From NCBI RefSeq assembly GCF_038025025.1, contig NW_027117349.1, forward strand, positions 124,001 through 188,000: 64,000 nt of DNA, written 5' to 3'. Origin of the DNA: Phyllosticta citribraziliensis. Its lineage: Eukaryota. The number at the start of each line of letters is the position of its first letter. The stretch's first letter is position 1. A program made the translations under genes and the position numbers. The notes beneath the pieces are model-generated. The model saw nothing but the letters and a program-made list of their open reading frames with translations, was not told where the DNA came from and did no database searches. Shown piece by piece: positions 37,413-48,930 of the stretch.

Positions 37413-39132
37413 CTAGTAAAGCACACGAGTCCGGATATTCGAGGGCAGGTCCTCGAGGTCTTGGTAGAGGGTCTTGAGCTCGCTCTCCTGGACGTCAGAA
37501 ATATCCGTCATCAAGTAGGCAACCTGCAACAATTGTTAGAGCTGTCATCAAAAAAAAGGAGAAAGATGTTTGGGATCTTACATCGCCCTTGGCATCGACA
37601 GTCTGCTTCTCGACGTTGTGGTCACCCAAAATGTCGTTGACCTTACGCAAGACACCGGGAATGTTCTTGTGAATGTAGCACACACGGACGTGGTTGGTCT
37701 CATCGGTGGTGAGGGAGCGGAGGAGAAGCTCCGGCATGTTGACCGACTGGACCGTTGCGCCCTCGTTAACGTACTTGGTCAGGGCAGCGGCAACCTCGAT
37801 ACCAATGGCACTCTGAGCCTCCTCAGTGCTACCACCAATGTGAGGAGTGAGGATGATGTTCTTGAGAGTGCGGAGCTCCTGGGCCCAGTTGTTCAGGTCG
37901 GCGTTGAAGTAGGGGCCGTTTCCAGCAGGCTCGTTGGGGTAGACGTCGATTGCCGCACCAGCAATCTTGCCACTCCTCATTGCGTCAATAAGAGCAGGAA
38001 TGTCGACGACACTACCACGGCTAGCGTTTAGAATGTAGCTGCCGTTGCGCATCTTGGCAAAGTGCTCTGCGCGGATCATGTTCTTGGTCTCAGGGGACTC
38101 GGGTACGTGAAGAGTGACAAAGTCAGCGCCCTCGAGAAGCTCATCCAAGGTGTTAACCTGGCGGGCGTTGCTGAGAGCCTACATATGGAGTCAGTTGTAA
38201 GCAATCACGCATTTCTTTTTTGGGGCTGGCAACTCACCATGAGGTTGACCACGTCATAGTAGATGACAGACATGCCCATAGCCTCAGCCATGACTGATAG
38301 CTGGCTACCAATGTGTCCGTATCCTACAATACCAAGAGTCTTTCCTCTGACCTCCCAGCAGCCCGCAGAGACCTTGTTCCAGACACCGTTGTGCAGCTCC
38401 ATGGAGCGGTCGCCGAGCTGCCTGGCCAGCGCAATGATCTCGGAGATGATCAGCTCAGCGACACTGCGCGAGTTGGAGAAGGGCGAGTTGAAGACCGCAA
38501 TGCCATTCTTGGCGGCGTAGTCGAGGTCGACCTGGTTGGTACCGATGCAGAAGCAGCCGATGACGATGAGGTTCTTGGCCTCCTTGAGGACTCTCTCGCT
38601 GAGCTTGGTCTTGGAACGGATACCGATGACGTGAGCGTCACTGTCAAGTCTGTTAGCACTCCAGTCTTTTTGCTCCGCAACCCGGCCTCACGCCAGCGCA
38701 AACTCGAGGCCGATGCCGGATGAGAGAGGCGCAAAACAGCCTCGTCACTCATGACGTGAAACAAAGTCCCAAAAAGTGTGCAGTCACACCATGCCCAGAC
38801 ATTTTGGGGGGGAAAGCTTGTGACTCTTACCGAATCTTCTCAATGAGCTGATCCTCAGGCAGAGAGGACTTGTGGAACTCAACCTGGTAGCCCTGGCCCT
38901 GCAGAATGTCGCGGCCAGTCTGGTTGACGTTTTCCAGCAGGAGAACCTTGATGTCCTTGGTGTTGAAGGGCTTCAACTGCTTGGCGTGGGAGGCAGAGGT
39001 GCCCTGACGGGCAGAAAAGCTGCCCGTGGGCGAGTGGTATGCCGCATTCGGCGAGGTGGAAAGGCTGAGGGTGTTGGAGACTGAGCGCGCGAGAGCGTCG
39101 CCGGCGCCGGCAATATCAATGGCAGGAGTCAT
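37413..39132 (-). CDS. SER3: D-3-phosphoglycerate dehydrogenase
   Basis: Motifs LKPFNTKDIKVLLLENVN, GKTLGIVGYGHIGSQLS, FVTLHVP, NASRGSVVD, TPHIGGSTEEAQ, and C-terminal ACT-like region ending TRVLY*. Three to four introns. Confidence 0.95.
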
Positions 39133-39268
39133 AATGGCGGGACTGGAAGTGAGGTGAGGTGAGAGGGTGAGGAGAGCGAGCTTTGGGAGGAGTTGGCGCG
39201 CAAAAGAAAGAGAGGTAGCGGACTCGGAGGTGCTTGGTTCTTTAGGATGACACACGCCCCGCGGGTGC

Positions 39269-39683
39269 GAGTCAAAGCTCGAAAAATGTTCACGTCCCGC
39301 CCTGCCCCTCCGCCCCATGACGGACCCCCGCCAATCGACGCCCGCTGGGACCTGGCAGTCGAAACAAAACCGACTTTACAGCGACGGGCCGACGTCCATC
39401 ACTCTGTCCTGCGACTAGTCGGCAAGCTCGGCATCTTGGGTGCTTGATTTGGCGGGAGAAGCGACAAGTTACATCCGTTGCTCTACGACTACAGCTTTTT
39501 CCGTGACGACCTCTACGCTCCCGCCCAAGATTAGAAGAAGTAGCCTGCATCCACCGCCGCTAGCTGCAAGCATGAACATGAAAGAGAAAACTCGAATAAA
39601 AGAAAAGCACCCTGCCTCAAAGCGCCCGGTCCTCCTGATGTGCATTGCAGTCTCAGCTCACCATTCTAGCGGGGACGAGTCAT
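39269..39683 (-). promoter_or_regulatory. Two possible Gcn4/CpcA sites (TGACTC) upstream of SER3
   Basis: GAGTCA at 39269-39274 and GAGTCAT at 39677-39683. Amino-acid biosynthetic genes are typical cross-pathway-control targets, but 6-mers occur by chance. Confidence 0.3.
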
Positions 39684-39971
39684 AAAGCACGAAAAACAAC
39701 AGCGGCCCGTACGGCCCACAGCCGCGCTGCCGGCTTGGCCAATTCCCAAGGAAGGTAGGTTATGATCGTGAAGCCGTATGCATGACGCTCTGCTGCGAGG
39801 GAACGAACCGAAACGTGGGTGATCGTATCGTAAGAGGGGGAGAGGGGGAGATGCCGTCTACATCTGATGCTGAGAAAGCGCCCTACTGGGCTGGAAGGCT
39901 TGGAGAGGATAATGTGAGCATCGTCACATTGTGGAGTGTGCACACGACGGGTTCATCCAGGCAGCACCCGC

Positions 39972-41432
39972 TTAACTCTGCTTGCACTCGGCAGCCTCCT
40001 GCTTGGGCTTCGAGCCATCACCCTAGTGCTTGGTCAGTACCGCGACAGATTGCTGGCGCGTGGCGGTTGACGTACCTCCTCGTCCGACTCGTCTTCCTCA
40101 TCCCTGTCATCGCTGAGGTCGTCTTCCTCCTCGTCGTCCTCGTCCTCGAACTCGCCCTCGTCGTAGTCATCCACCTGCTCAAACTGGAGAGCCTCACCGG
40201 TGAACCAGTCAATGGCGCGGGGAATGAGCTTCTCCTTGATGTCCTCGCCAAGCTGGTAGTCGAGCTCGAGGCGCTCCTCAATGTCCGAGGAGACTTCGTC
40301 GTCGTCCTCACTGGGAGCCTTGGGTGGCGAGAAGAAGTTGAAAAAGGACTCGGTGGGGACCGTCTTCTTGACGACGCGGGTCTGCTTGGTGTCTGAGGCA
40401 CAAGTTAGCCAATTGCATTCCAGTCATCGGGCTGATGGCCTACTCTTGTTACGCTGCTTCTTGCTCTCGACGCGGACGGTGAGGTCCTTGCCCGGCAGCC
40501 AGTCAATCTTGTCACCCTCGGCGTGGTCGTAGATAAAGTCGCCCTCGTAGCCGTTCTCCTCCTGGTAGTAGTACGTCTTTGTGATGGTCTTGTTGGTGAA
40601 GAATTCGTTGTCGGAAAACTCGAAGATGAGGCGGAAACCGGGCTTGTCGAGGTACTCCATGCGGATGTCGGTCAGGTGCTTGAGGGCCTGCTCGTCGCGG
40701 TCGGTGATCATCTCGGCCAACGAAATCTGGTTCTTCATGGCCGACAGCCAGAACTCGGGAATGCCGTTGACGGGCTCTGAGGGCTCCTTGGTCTCGGTGG
40801 CGGGCTTCTCGGCCTCTTCGTCCTCTTCTATTTCCGCCTCACCGACCTTGACCTCGTCCTCGGAGGGCTCCTCGGCGCCATTGACAATCTTGGCGCGCTT
40901 CTGGTACAGCGGAGTAAACTTGGCGAAGTACTTCTTCTCGAGCTGGAGGACCTCCTCCTGGAACTCGGCCTCGAGCTTGGAGTGCTGCTTCTGGACGCCC
41001 TTGAGGCCGGCGACGCGACGGCGAACGTCGGTCGGGAGAGACTCGATGTATCCGGACGAGCGACCGACGAGGGAGCCGAGCTTGCCTTGGATCATGGAGA
41101 CCAGAGCAGGATTTTGAGCAAAGGCGGAGACGGCGGCGGCGCGGTCAAAGTCCTCTGGCGGGGCTCGCATTAGCTCGCGGCAGGGAGGAGAAGGCAGGAA
41201 AACGGGGCTGCAGACTCACCTTCCTTGATGCTCGCGACGCCAGGCTGCTGGGCGCGCGAGGAGATGGGGGCAGCATTTGCCGGGGTGTTTTGGGGGGTGC
41301 TGGCAAAGGCAAAGGTGTTAGTCAAGGTCGCGGCAGCCATTTTGGCGAAGAGTGAAAGGGAAAAAGAGTAGAGACGGCGTACGGAGCGGTTGCCTTATCG
41401 GCGCGCTTGTTGCTGCGAATAGGTTCAGACAT
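39972..41432 (-). CDS. NAP1: Nucleosome assembly protein 1
   Basis: ATG at 41432 ([10 protein letters not shown]). Motifs [35 protein letters not shown], an acidic tail, and a last exon ending ...AAECKQS* (CaaX-like end typical of NAP1). Four introns. Confidence 0.95.
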
Positions 41433-41649
41433 GGTGTTTTGGTGGAATTTGCTGAGCGGGAGGGGGATGAGAGGGCGGTTGAGTGGTTGAGAGAATGTTG
41501 GACGACGTTGAGCGTGGACGGACTTGGGGCAAGCAGAAATGTGAGAAAAGCGCTAGCGCCCGCAGTCTAGTCTAGGCGACGCGCTGAGATGCCCTTCCGT
41601 TGCAACGACGTGAACAATGCACTCCGCCAGAAAGGAGCCGGGGGGGTGG

Positions 41650-41928
41650 GGACAGGACAGGACAGGACAGGACAGTCACCCGCCAACTACATGTACATGT
41701 ACGAATGGAGGTAGCGATGGCGAATGTGGATGGATGATGGACTTGTCGCTCTCTCGACTCCCGTCCCTCAGGTTCTTGTCCCTTTGTACAGAGTAGTACC
41801 GGTACCTACTACGTGCCGTGCCACGGCTTCCCTCTCCGGTCCGCATAGGTACCTAGGTATCTGGCTGGGCTGGCTGGCTGTAGCAGAGAGACGCTGGCTG
41901 CTGGCTGCTGGCTGCTGGCTGCTGGCTG
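41650..41928. repeat. (GGACA)n and (CTGGCTG)n short tandem repeats upstream of NAP1
   Basis: GGACA x5 near 41650-41675; CTGGCTG x5 near 41894-41928. Confidence 0.8.
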
Positions 41929-42241
41929 ACAGCTGCGGGGCCTTCCTTTCCGTTTCCTTCCTTGCCGGTCGCTTCGATAACCACCGCACCCCCTACAGTA
42001 CACTGTACTGTACCGTAGCACCGCCTTCACCCTCACTCCAACGTGGCCCTGCAGTGCACCGCTCTTTTGATCACCGTCTGTCTACATGTACATGTACCGG
42101 GTATCAAACATGATGCGCAAGGGCAACCAAACTCCCGAAAATTTGTGCCAGCCTCCCACCCAGCCCGGAGGCCCTCGCAACCAGAAATTTCGAATCCGCC
42201 ACCTGCCCTCGCCGCCCTTCTCCCCGCCCCGCCCCTTGACC

Positions 42242-44354
42242 TCAGTCCTGATGCCGCAGTCGGTTCGTTGCGTACGCGGCCACGCCTGCTGAGAGCGCCC
42301 CGATGAACAGACACACTGCAATCGCATTCGGCCCGTCTCGACCATGGTGCTGAGACCCGGACTGATGCGCCCCCTTGGCCAGCTCTGGACTCTTTCCAGG
42401 CTCCAGCACCGAAAACACCACCCACGAAATAAACGTCCCTACAAACTGTGGCAGCGTCGTAAACAGGTTGAGGATGCCCAAGTACACGCCAGACATCTCT
42501 CCGCTCGACCCGCTCCCGTTCGCCCCACCTTTTGAACTCTCGCCGCCCGCCAGCTCAATGTCGCTGCTGCCGGACACCCGTCGGTAGCCTGCGCCGCTCC
42601 TCTCCGACCCTGCCAGCCGATTGATTTCTTCTCCCATGAGTGAAAACGGGGCCCAGCAAGCAATGGCCCACGATATCCCGTTGATCGCGACGATCGTGGT
42701 CGCATATCTGTACGATTTTGCCAACGGCGCCAGAATCATCGAGCAGGCAAACACGACGTGCGACATTGTCCAAGCCGTCAGTAGGCTTGGCTTGTTCCTT
42801 TCAAAAGCCTCCGCGACCCCCGCCAAGCCGGGCGGAGGGCGAGGCGTAAACTCGGGCTTCACATCATCCGGCTTCCTCACAACCGACGGCAGAACCAGAG
42901 ACCCGACTAAAGTGATGGTCGAGAAGATGATCAGCGAGAGACTCCCCAATCGGCCGATCTCACCGAGCGCATCCGCGGATTGCTGTGCTCCTTTTGGCAG
43001 ATCGTACCGTTTATATATCTCGCCAACCCACGTCGAGGAATAGAACATGAACGGAAAATAGCCTATAGACACGTCAATACTTGTCGTCGGGTTCGTGTTC
43101 GCCGTCTACTTGCCGATCCAAGCCCAAAACTGCACCACACATATGGCCGCAATTCTTGGAGGAAGATTGACCGTAGTCCTGATGAGTTGAGCAAACATGT
43201 CCAACGCTCCAGTTCCTCCAACTTCCTTGCTGTTCATGGTTAGCTTTGTAGAGTTGGATGCACGGTGGGGTTCGAAAGTGCAAGTACAGTTGTACATGAA
43301 TGCTCCTCGGGCGCAGGCGTAGCAGCGAATGAATGCTCCCTAGACGCACTTCTTATGGCCAGGAGGTCGGATTTCTCTCGAAAACGACTGTGGATGGGTA
43401 ATGGAGACTAACCCTTCGTAGACTTTTTCACTGACTGCCCAGCACGTTATGCCCGTGCAAGTCAGCAATGCAATGGCGGCGACGACGATTAGTTGTTTAA
43501 ACTGCGTGTCGCCCAATAGGCTGCCGAAGATGGCTCCCAGGTCGAGAGCACCGCAGCCGTAGCCAATGAGACTGCCGATTGCGACCATGCGAGTGGCTAC
43601 ACAACAGTCAGTAGCGATCTCCGATTGACATCCAGAATCAACGTACCCCATGCTGAGCCCAGCTGCTGTTTGGATGTCGGGAGCACATCAACGATCAAGC
43701 TTCGACCCGAAGCTTGTACTATTCGTATGTCGAGTTAGCCGGCAGGGTCTCGTCATACTCTGGACGATGATTTACCCGAATTTATGGCAAAATCGATGGC
43801 GTATATGCATAGCACAGCTAGCGTGATGGTCACTTTCCGTTTCAAGTCAGGGCTTGACACAAAAACCGAGACGAGCTCCTCAGCCCAGCCCAAGATCAGT
43901 AGCAAAACGGATACGACAACGGCGCCACCAACCATGAACCTGCATTCGTATTAAACTCGATTCTGCCTGGGGCGAGCTGACCAGAGAAGCTTACGGGCGG
44001 CGTCGACCCCATTTCGAGTGACTTTTGTCAGCCAGAATTCCAACGACCGGCTGCATGATGAGACCCGAGAGCGGGCCGGCAATCCAGACCAGAGAGACCA
44101 GAGACTTGGACATGCCGAGCTGGAGGAGGTATGGCGTGCAGTATGACATTTCGACGCCCCAGGTGAACCTGCATTCGAGTTAAACTCGATTCCGCCTAAG
44201 GCGAGCTGGTCAGAGAAGCTTACTGGACGCCGACGATGGAGGCCGTCAAGTAGGCCATACGGATGGACTCTGACTGGCCCTTGATTCCGGGTTGACCGGT
44301 CCATGCTGAGCTAGCCGGAGCCCGCGTTCCTACGCCAATGGCTCCAGTTGGCAT
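42242..44354 (-). CDS. Sucrose / alpha-glucoside:H+ symporter (GPH/SUT family MFS)
   Basis: Spliced translation MPTG...AWTGQPGIKGQSESIRMAYLTASIVGVQ|FTWGVEMSYCTPYLLQLG...VWIAGPLSGLIMQPVVG...SKWGRRRP|FM, and later FYSSTWVGE and GVYLGILNLFTTLPQF. These are SUT-family motifs. Multiple introns. Confidence 0.88.
43261..43392. mobile_element. MITE copy 4, inside an intron of the sucrose transporter, with 4-bp flanking duplication GATG
   Basis: GATG|CACGGTGGGGTTCGAAAG...two units...TTTCTCTCGAAAACGACTGTG|GATG. Confidence 0.8.
43940..44223 (-). repeat. Two near-identical 55-nt spliceosomal introns (43940-43994 and 44169-44223)
   Basis: 48/55 identical without gaps; both GTAAGC...TGCAG; both phase 2; removing both restores a continuous SUT reading frame. 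Confidence 0.9.
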
Positions 44355-46149
44355 GATCGGGAGACTTCTACGGGTTGAGCAAGTGGGCACGCGAAGCCGG
44401 TTTCATCAGTAGATATGGGGCTGGTGGATAGCTGAGGGGCTCTGTCTACAGGCGCAATGGGTATGGTTGTCGCGACGTCGGGGTCCACCACGGCGGAGGC
44501 GATGGAAGAACGAGGAGCTGGCGAGTTGAATAAACGAAGCAGATGGACCGTTGGGTTGCAGCAGGGGTTGAAGATATGTATCAGGCGCAAACAGGTGCAG
44601 GAGGCGGGAGGTGAGCTTGGCAAAGTCAACGTCAGTCACGTCGTAAGCTTGACAGGCAGGCCAGGGGTCCGGCGGGAGGCTCTTTGTCCTTGGGCCTTCC
44701 CTTATCAAGCTCTCGAATCCCTTCCGCAAGCTCCGGCTTCGTGCGATGGCCCCAGTTAGGCTCGCACTCGGCGTGTTTGAGATTCAACAGGGTCTCGGGC
44801 CTGCAAAGGCTTACCTTGGTGTCAGTGCCCTGGTGCCTGGTGAGGTGGTGTTCGAGCGGGAGCGGGAGCCGACGTGTGTGGCTTGAAGCTTCAGCCACAG
44901 ATGTCCGCCACAGCCGCCATCCACCCGGACGGCATCCATCCGTCCGGCTGTCAGGGTCCGTCGGTCCCCACGGGGCCGATGCCGCCGCCGCTCCTTACCT
45001 CCGCTGGTAACCCTCCCGTCGCATCGTTCTCGTTGCCTCTGGTTGCCTTCAATTCTCTTCGTCTGCCCTTCGCCACCCTCGCCAGTCCTTTGTCATTCTC
45101 TTTCTTCAGCAAACCACACGACGCCGACAGAAATAACACCTTCCTGACTACGGCCCTCCTTGAACGCGAGCTGTGGTGCTCGACAAGAGCTCACTACGTC
45201 CACATCTTACAACACTTGCTGTGCCTGCATGAATGAAGCGTCCTTTCCAGCAGCATTGACGCCCCACAAGCATCCCAACCCCACGTTCGCCAATCGGTGC
45301 TGCTCCATTTCGAGAATCCTCACTTATCATCTACAGCCCCCAGCCCCAACAGTTTGATGGTCATGGCACAATGGAGTCGTATTGTTGAGTTGTCACTTCC
45401 GAGTCCAAGGGCTTGAGAGAGTGGCATAGGCCACGATCCTTGCAAGCTGACTTTGCAATCGACCTCAACACCACTTCAGCAGCGCCATTGGCTTCAACCT
45501 TTGCACCAGGATACAAAGCTCCCAGGCACCACGACTCCCCCTTCGTGCATATCCGCTCTGTTTCCGTCTCCTGGCTTCCAAAGTCCAAGCGATGTTTCCC
45601 CGGCTTCGACGTCATAACCCGCTCCAAAGGAGCGGCCACCACAATCTGAAACCCACCCCTCGACTCCAGCAACCACTCAACCCCATCAAAAATTGCTTTC
45701 ACTGCCATCGTCGCCTCCGCGTCTCCGCAGCGGGTGCTAAACACGGAAATGGGACGAGCGTGCCACCTACCTCGGGCCCGGCCAACCGATGCGAGACATG
45801 ATGCCTGCACCATGCACCGCTCGCCCAAATCCGCCTCCGCCGCGGCTCCCGGCAAACCTTCCCTCCACCGACCCAGCATCGCTCCCCGCCCATTCCGCCC
45901 ACCCTCCGGTCACAGATCTTTTACCTCCAGCAGTAAATTCCTCGTGTTCCAGACTGTCGTCTTTCTCCGCATGCACGTTCATCATATTCTGGATCTCAAG
46001 CATAGTGATCCAGTTTGCAGCAGAAATTTTCTGGTCGCGCTTCAGGTGATGTTCTGGGTCCATCATGCACGTGTTTCGGGGCCGTGGCTGTGGAATAGAC
46101 GAAGTTTGTCAGCCCATACTCACCAGTTTTCTTTCGCAACGAGATCTAC

Positions 46150-46329
46150 CACAGCGGGTGTCGAAAGAGAAGGGACCTCCCGGGTCTAGCGAGCAACCAA
46201 CCATGGCTCTCTGGGCGCGTCTGCAATGGCGGACGACTGCTCCCTAAGATTCACTGCAACAGCAGATGAATGCTCCCTGGGTGCAACAATGGCGTGAACA
46301 ATGTCTCATTTCTTTCGACGCCCACCGTA
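46150..46329. mobile_element. MITE copy 5 (complete), with 4-bp flanking duplication CTAC
   Basis: CTAC|CACAGCGGGTGTCGAAAGAGAAG...about three units...TCTCATTTCTTTCGACGCCCACCGTA|CTAC. Confidence 0.8.
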
Positions 46330-46934
46330 CTACCGTTGACATCTGACCACTCAAATTTGGCCCCTCTATTCGCTCTTCAAGCCGTGTTCACTCATGCTTT
46401 GGAGATTGTCGCCACAGGCCAATGCCTTTTTGTTGCAAACATTGAGGGCTCTCCCAAATTCCGCCAACTTCTTCACGTCATTTGAAGTCACAATTGCCTG
46501 GAGTCGGATCTGACACCAAAGGTTTCTACGACGATCCACGGGAGTGAAGATTCATCCTACGCACATATGCGCCACCGAGGCTGCTGAGCTAAGATGGACT
46601 ATGCAGACTGATTATGTGCATACCCTCAGGCGTACGAAGCCTAGCCCCGTGTGCAGAAACTTGTTTTTTTCAATTCTACCGGGTCTTCTGTCCTTGGCTG
46701 GAACTTCTGTTTGGCTGCAAAAGCAATGGCGCAGAGGCGGAAGCAGTCAGCCATTGACCAGTCGCACCGCTTTTGAGCATCAATTGGCGCTCGACGACTT
46801 TTTGTATGTGTTTGATGCATTTATATCGCTTTGGTCCCTTCCTCTTCCATCTTGATTACAAGATTTTTCAACTTTCACTCTTTACTTCGGTCTTATAACC
46901 TGATATACCCCGTCGAGCGTACCTTGCACAAGTC

Positions 46935-48707
46935 ATGATACCCGGTGTCTTTGATGAGATCATCCTCAACACAAGCGACTACTTCAATGTCAATCAAGGT
47001 AACCTCACCACCTTCGAAATATCGCTACTTTCATCCGGGAAAATTGGATCACCGTGCATGACTGAAATTGCGCCGGAGCAAGTGCAAGATTGGGTGAATG
47101 AGAAACGCCCAGTGTCCGAGGCAAGTGACTGCAATCCATTCACGCGGTCAAATCCACTAAAAGCCCTCAGTCGTCAGCCAGGTTTCCCCAACACACTTCT
47201 GCACACTTGCGCTGTTTGTAGGCATCCACAAGATCTTTCTTGAAATTGCTCAGTGTAATGATGATAAGTAGGATCGGCCCTGCTTCCAGGGAATACATTC
47301 GACCATTTCCATTCGATTCCGCCGCAATGAAAACACTAATTGATAGTCTGTGTCTGCCAGCCAACTTTCTAACTGCCTGCATAAATCATCACAGCATGGT
47401 GATACAAAGTTGCTCGAAAAAAGGCCCACAAGACATTTTTGGTGCGTGGCTCATACCAGTGACTGCCCTTGGCGGTTCTAATCTCTCATTGGCTTTTCCC
47501 AGCCGGACTTTTGAGGACGTTCTTCACCATTACCGCCTGGTCGCACTGTCTTCAAACAAACACCACAACTGTCGTTGTGCTCATTGCAGACGACGGCAAC
47601 ATCAGAGAGAACTTGCTAAGAGCCCTTCAAAGACCGGAGGCGCATATGCTCCATCCACTCTTCATCCCGACTGATCTCTGCCGCAGAGAGTTTCATTATT
47701 TAGAAGAAGGTGTTTACTCTGAGAGAGAATGGCTATTGAATACCGAATGGAACGTAGGACTAAGCGATAACGTGGAAATTTCAGAGGACGAAAAGTTTCT
47801 GAAGAATTTCGAGGAGAATATAAGATCAATACAGAACCATAAGACAGCTCTTGTCTCCTACGAGGCACTTCTTCAGAGACTCGCGCCCATCTTCGAGTCC
47901 CACCTCCCGAGAGCCATGGAAGAACTCCAGGCATGCATTTCGCCCGAAGTACACAAGTTTGGCCCGAATATCAACTTCTGGATTCGCCATTATGCCAACG
48001 CCGGGGACGGCTTACAAAGGGTCTTACAACACTGGATAAAGCGAATAGACTTTTTCATGACGACAGTGAAGTTGCCCCCTTCTTCATATAGCGAGTCAAC
48101 GCCGCTGATGAATGGAAAGTACATCTCCATCCTTTCCAACCGAAACTCCAGGCAAAGCGCGCAGATTGCCAGCGCGGCCAAACGCGACAGCTCATCAATG
48201 AAGTCGCTCGCAGTACTGAGCATCATCTTCGCCCCTCCGTCATGCATTGCGGTAGGCACACTTGGAACGGAATTGCGAAGCCAACTGACCCAACGCCAGA
48301 CGATCGCAAGCATGCCGATGCTCTCCTGGCAGCCCGGTCAATTCTGGATCTTCTGCGCTTACACGGTTCCCATCACCGGCGCCGTCGTCATCATCTGGAT
48401 CTTCTACATGTTCTTCATCAACCAGCGAAACCGAGATTCCGACAATCGCATCGCCGGCAACGAGCCCAAGCCTCGGAGTGTCAAGAACCTTTGGGGCGCT
48501 TTTCAGAAAGGCGAGCGAGCACCGACGCCGAGCGCGGATGATCAGAAGGAGAAGGACATCGCTGACGCATCTAGAGAGACGGGCAATGACTTGGAAAGCG
48601 GAACTCCTGGAGAAGTCCCGCCGCCCGGGGAACCTCAGAGGGTGGATGAGCGCCCCACTCTGAGGCAGATCTTGCATTTGCTCTGGCTCTTCTTGTTCTG
48701 GCAATGA
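46935..48707 (+). CDS. Fungal CorA-like (Mg2+ transporter TM region) domain protein
   Basis: C-terminal pattern IASAAKRDSSSMKSLAVLSIIFAPPSCIA...MPML...FWIFCAYTVPIT (two TM helices) and upstream HMLHPLFIP, typical of expanded fungal CorA-like proteins. Several short introns; exon structure approximate. Confidence 0.7.
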
Positions 48708-48905
48708 ATGTCTGGCATGAATCCTACCTGGTGCTTAGGAGCTTGTCGCTGGCTTGGGAGACCTTTGGACACAGTCAACCGACAAAGCAACAAAAAGGTC
48801 GCGGGGAGCATCCATACGCATTTGTAAGCTGCGTTCAGGAAGATTTCATTCAAGTCCCAATCACTCAAAGTATTCGCATCGCAAAAGGCAAACGGCCATC
48901 GGTTT

Positions 48906-48921
48906 CCCCCCCCCCCCCCCC
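48906..48921. repeat. Poly-C tract (16 nt)
   Basis: Read directly, between two convergent genes. Confidence 0.9.
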
Positions 48922-48930
48922 GCACATCTC

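Noticed and set aside
38641..38830. Short hairpins in the long SER3 intron as a possible snoRNA
   Set aside because: Stems are only about 7 bp and no convincing C/D or H/ACA box arrangement is visible.
45361..46066. Possible minus-strand gene or pseudogene (ORFs 45361..45879 and 45767..46066)
   Set aside because: No recognisable family motif, and I could not build a credible spliced model.
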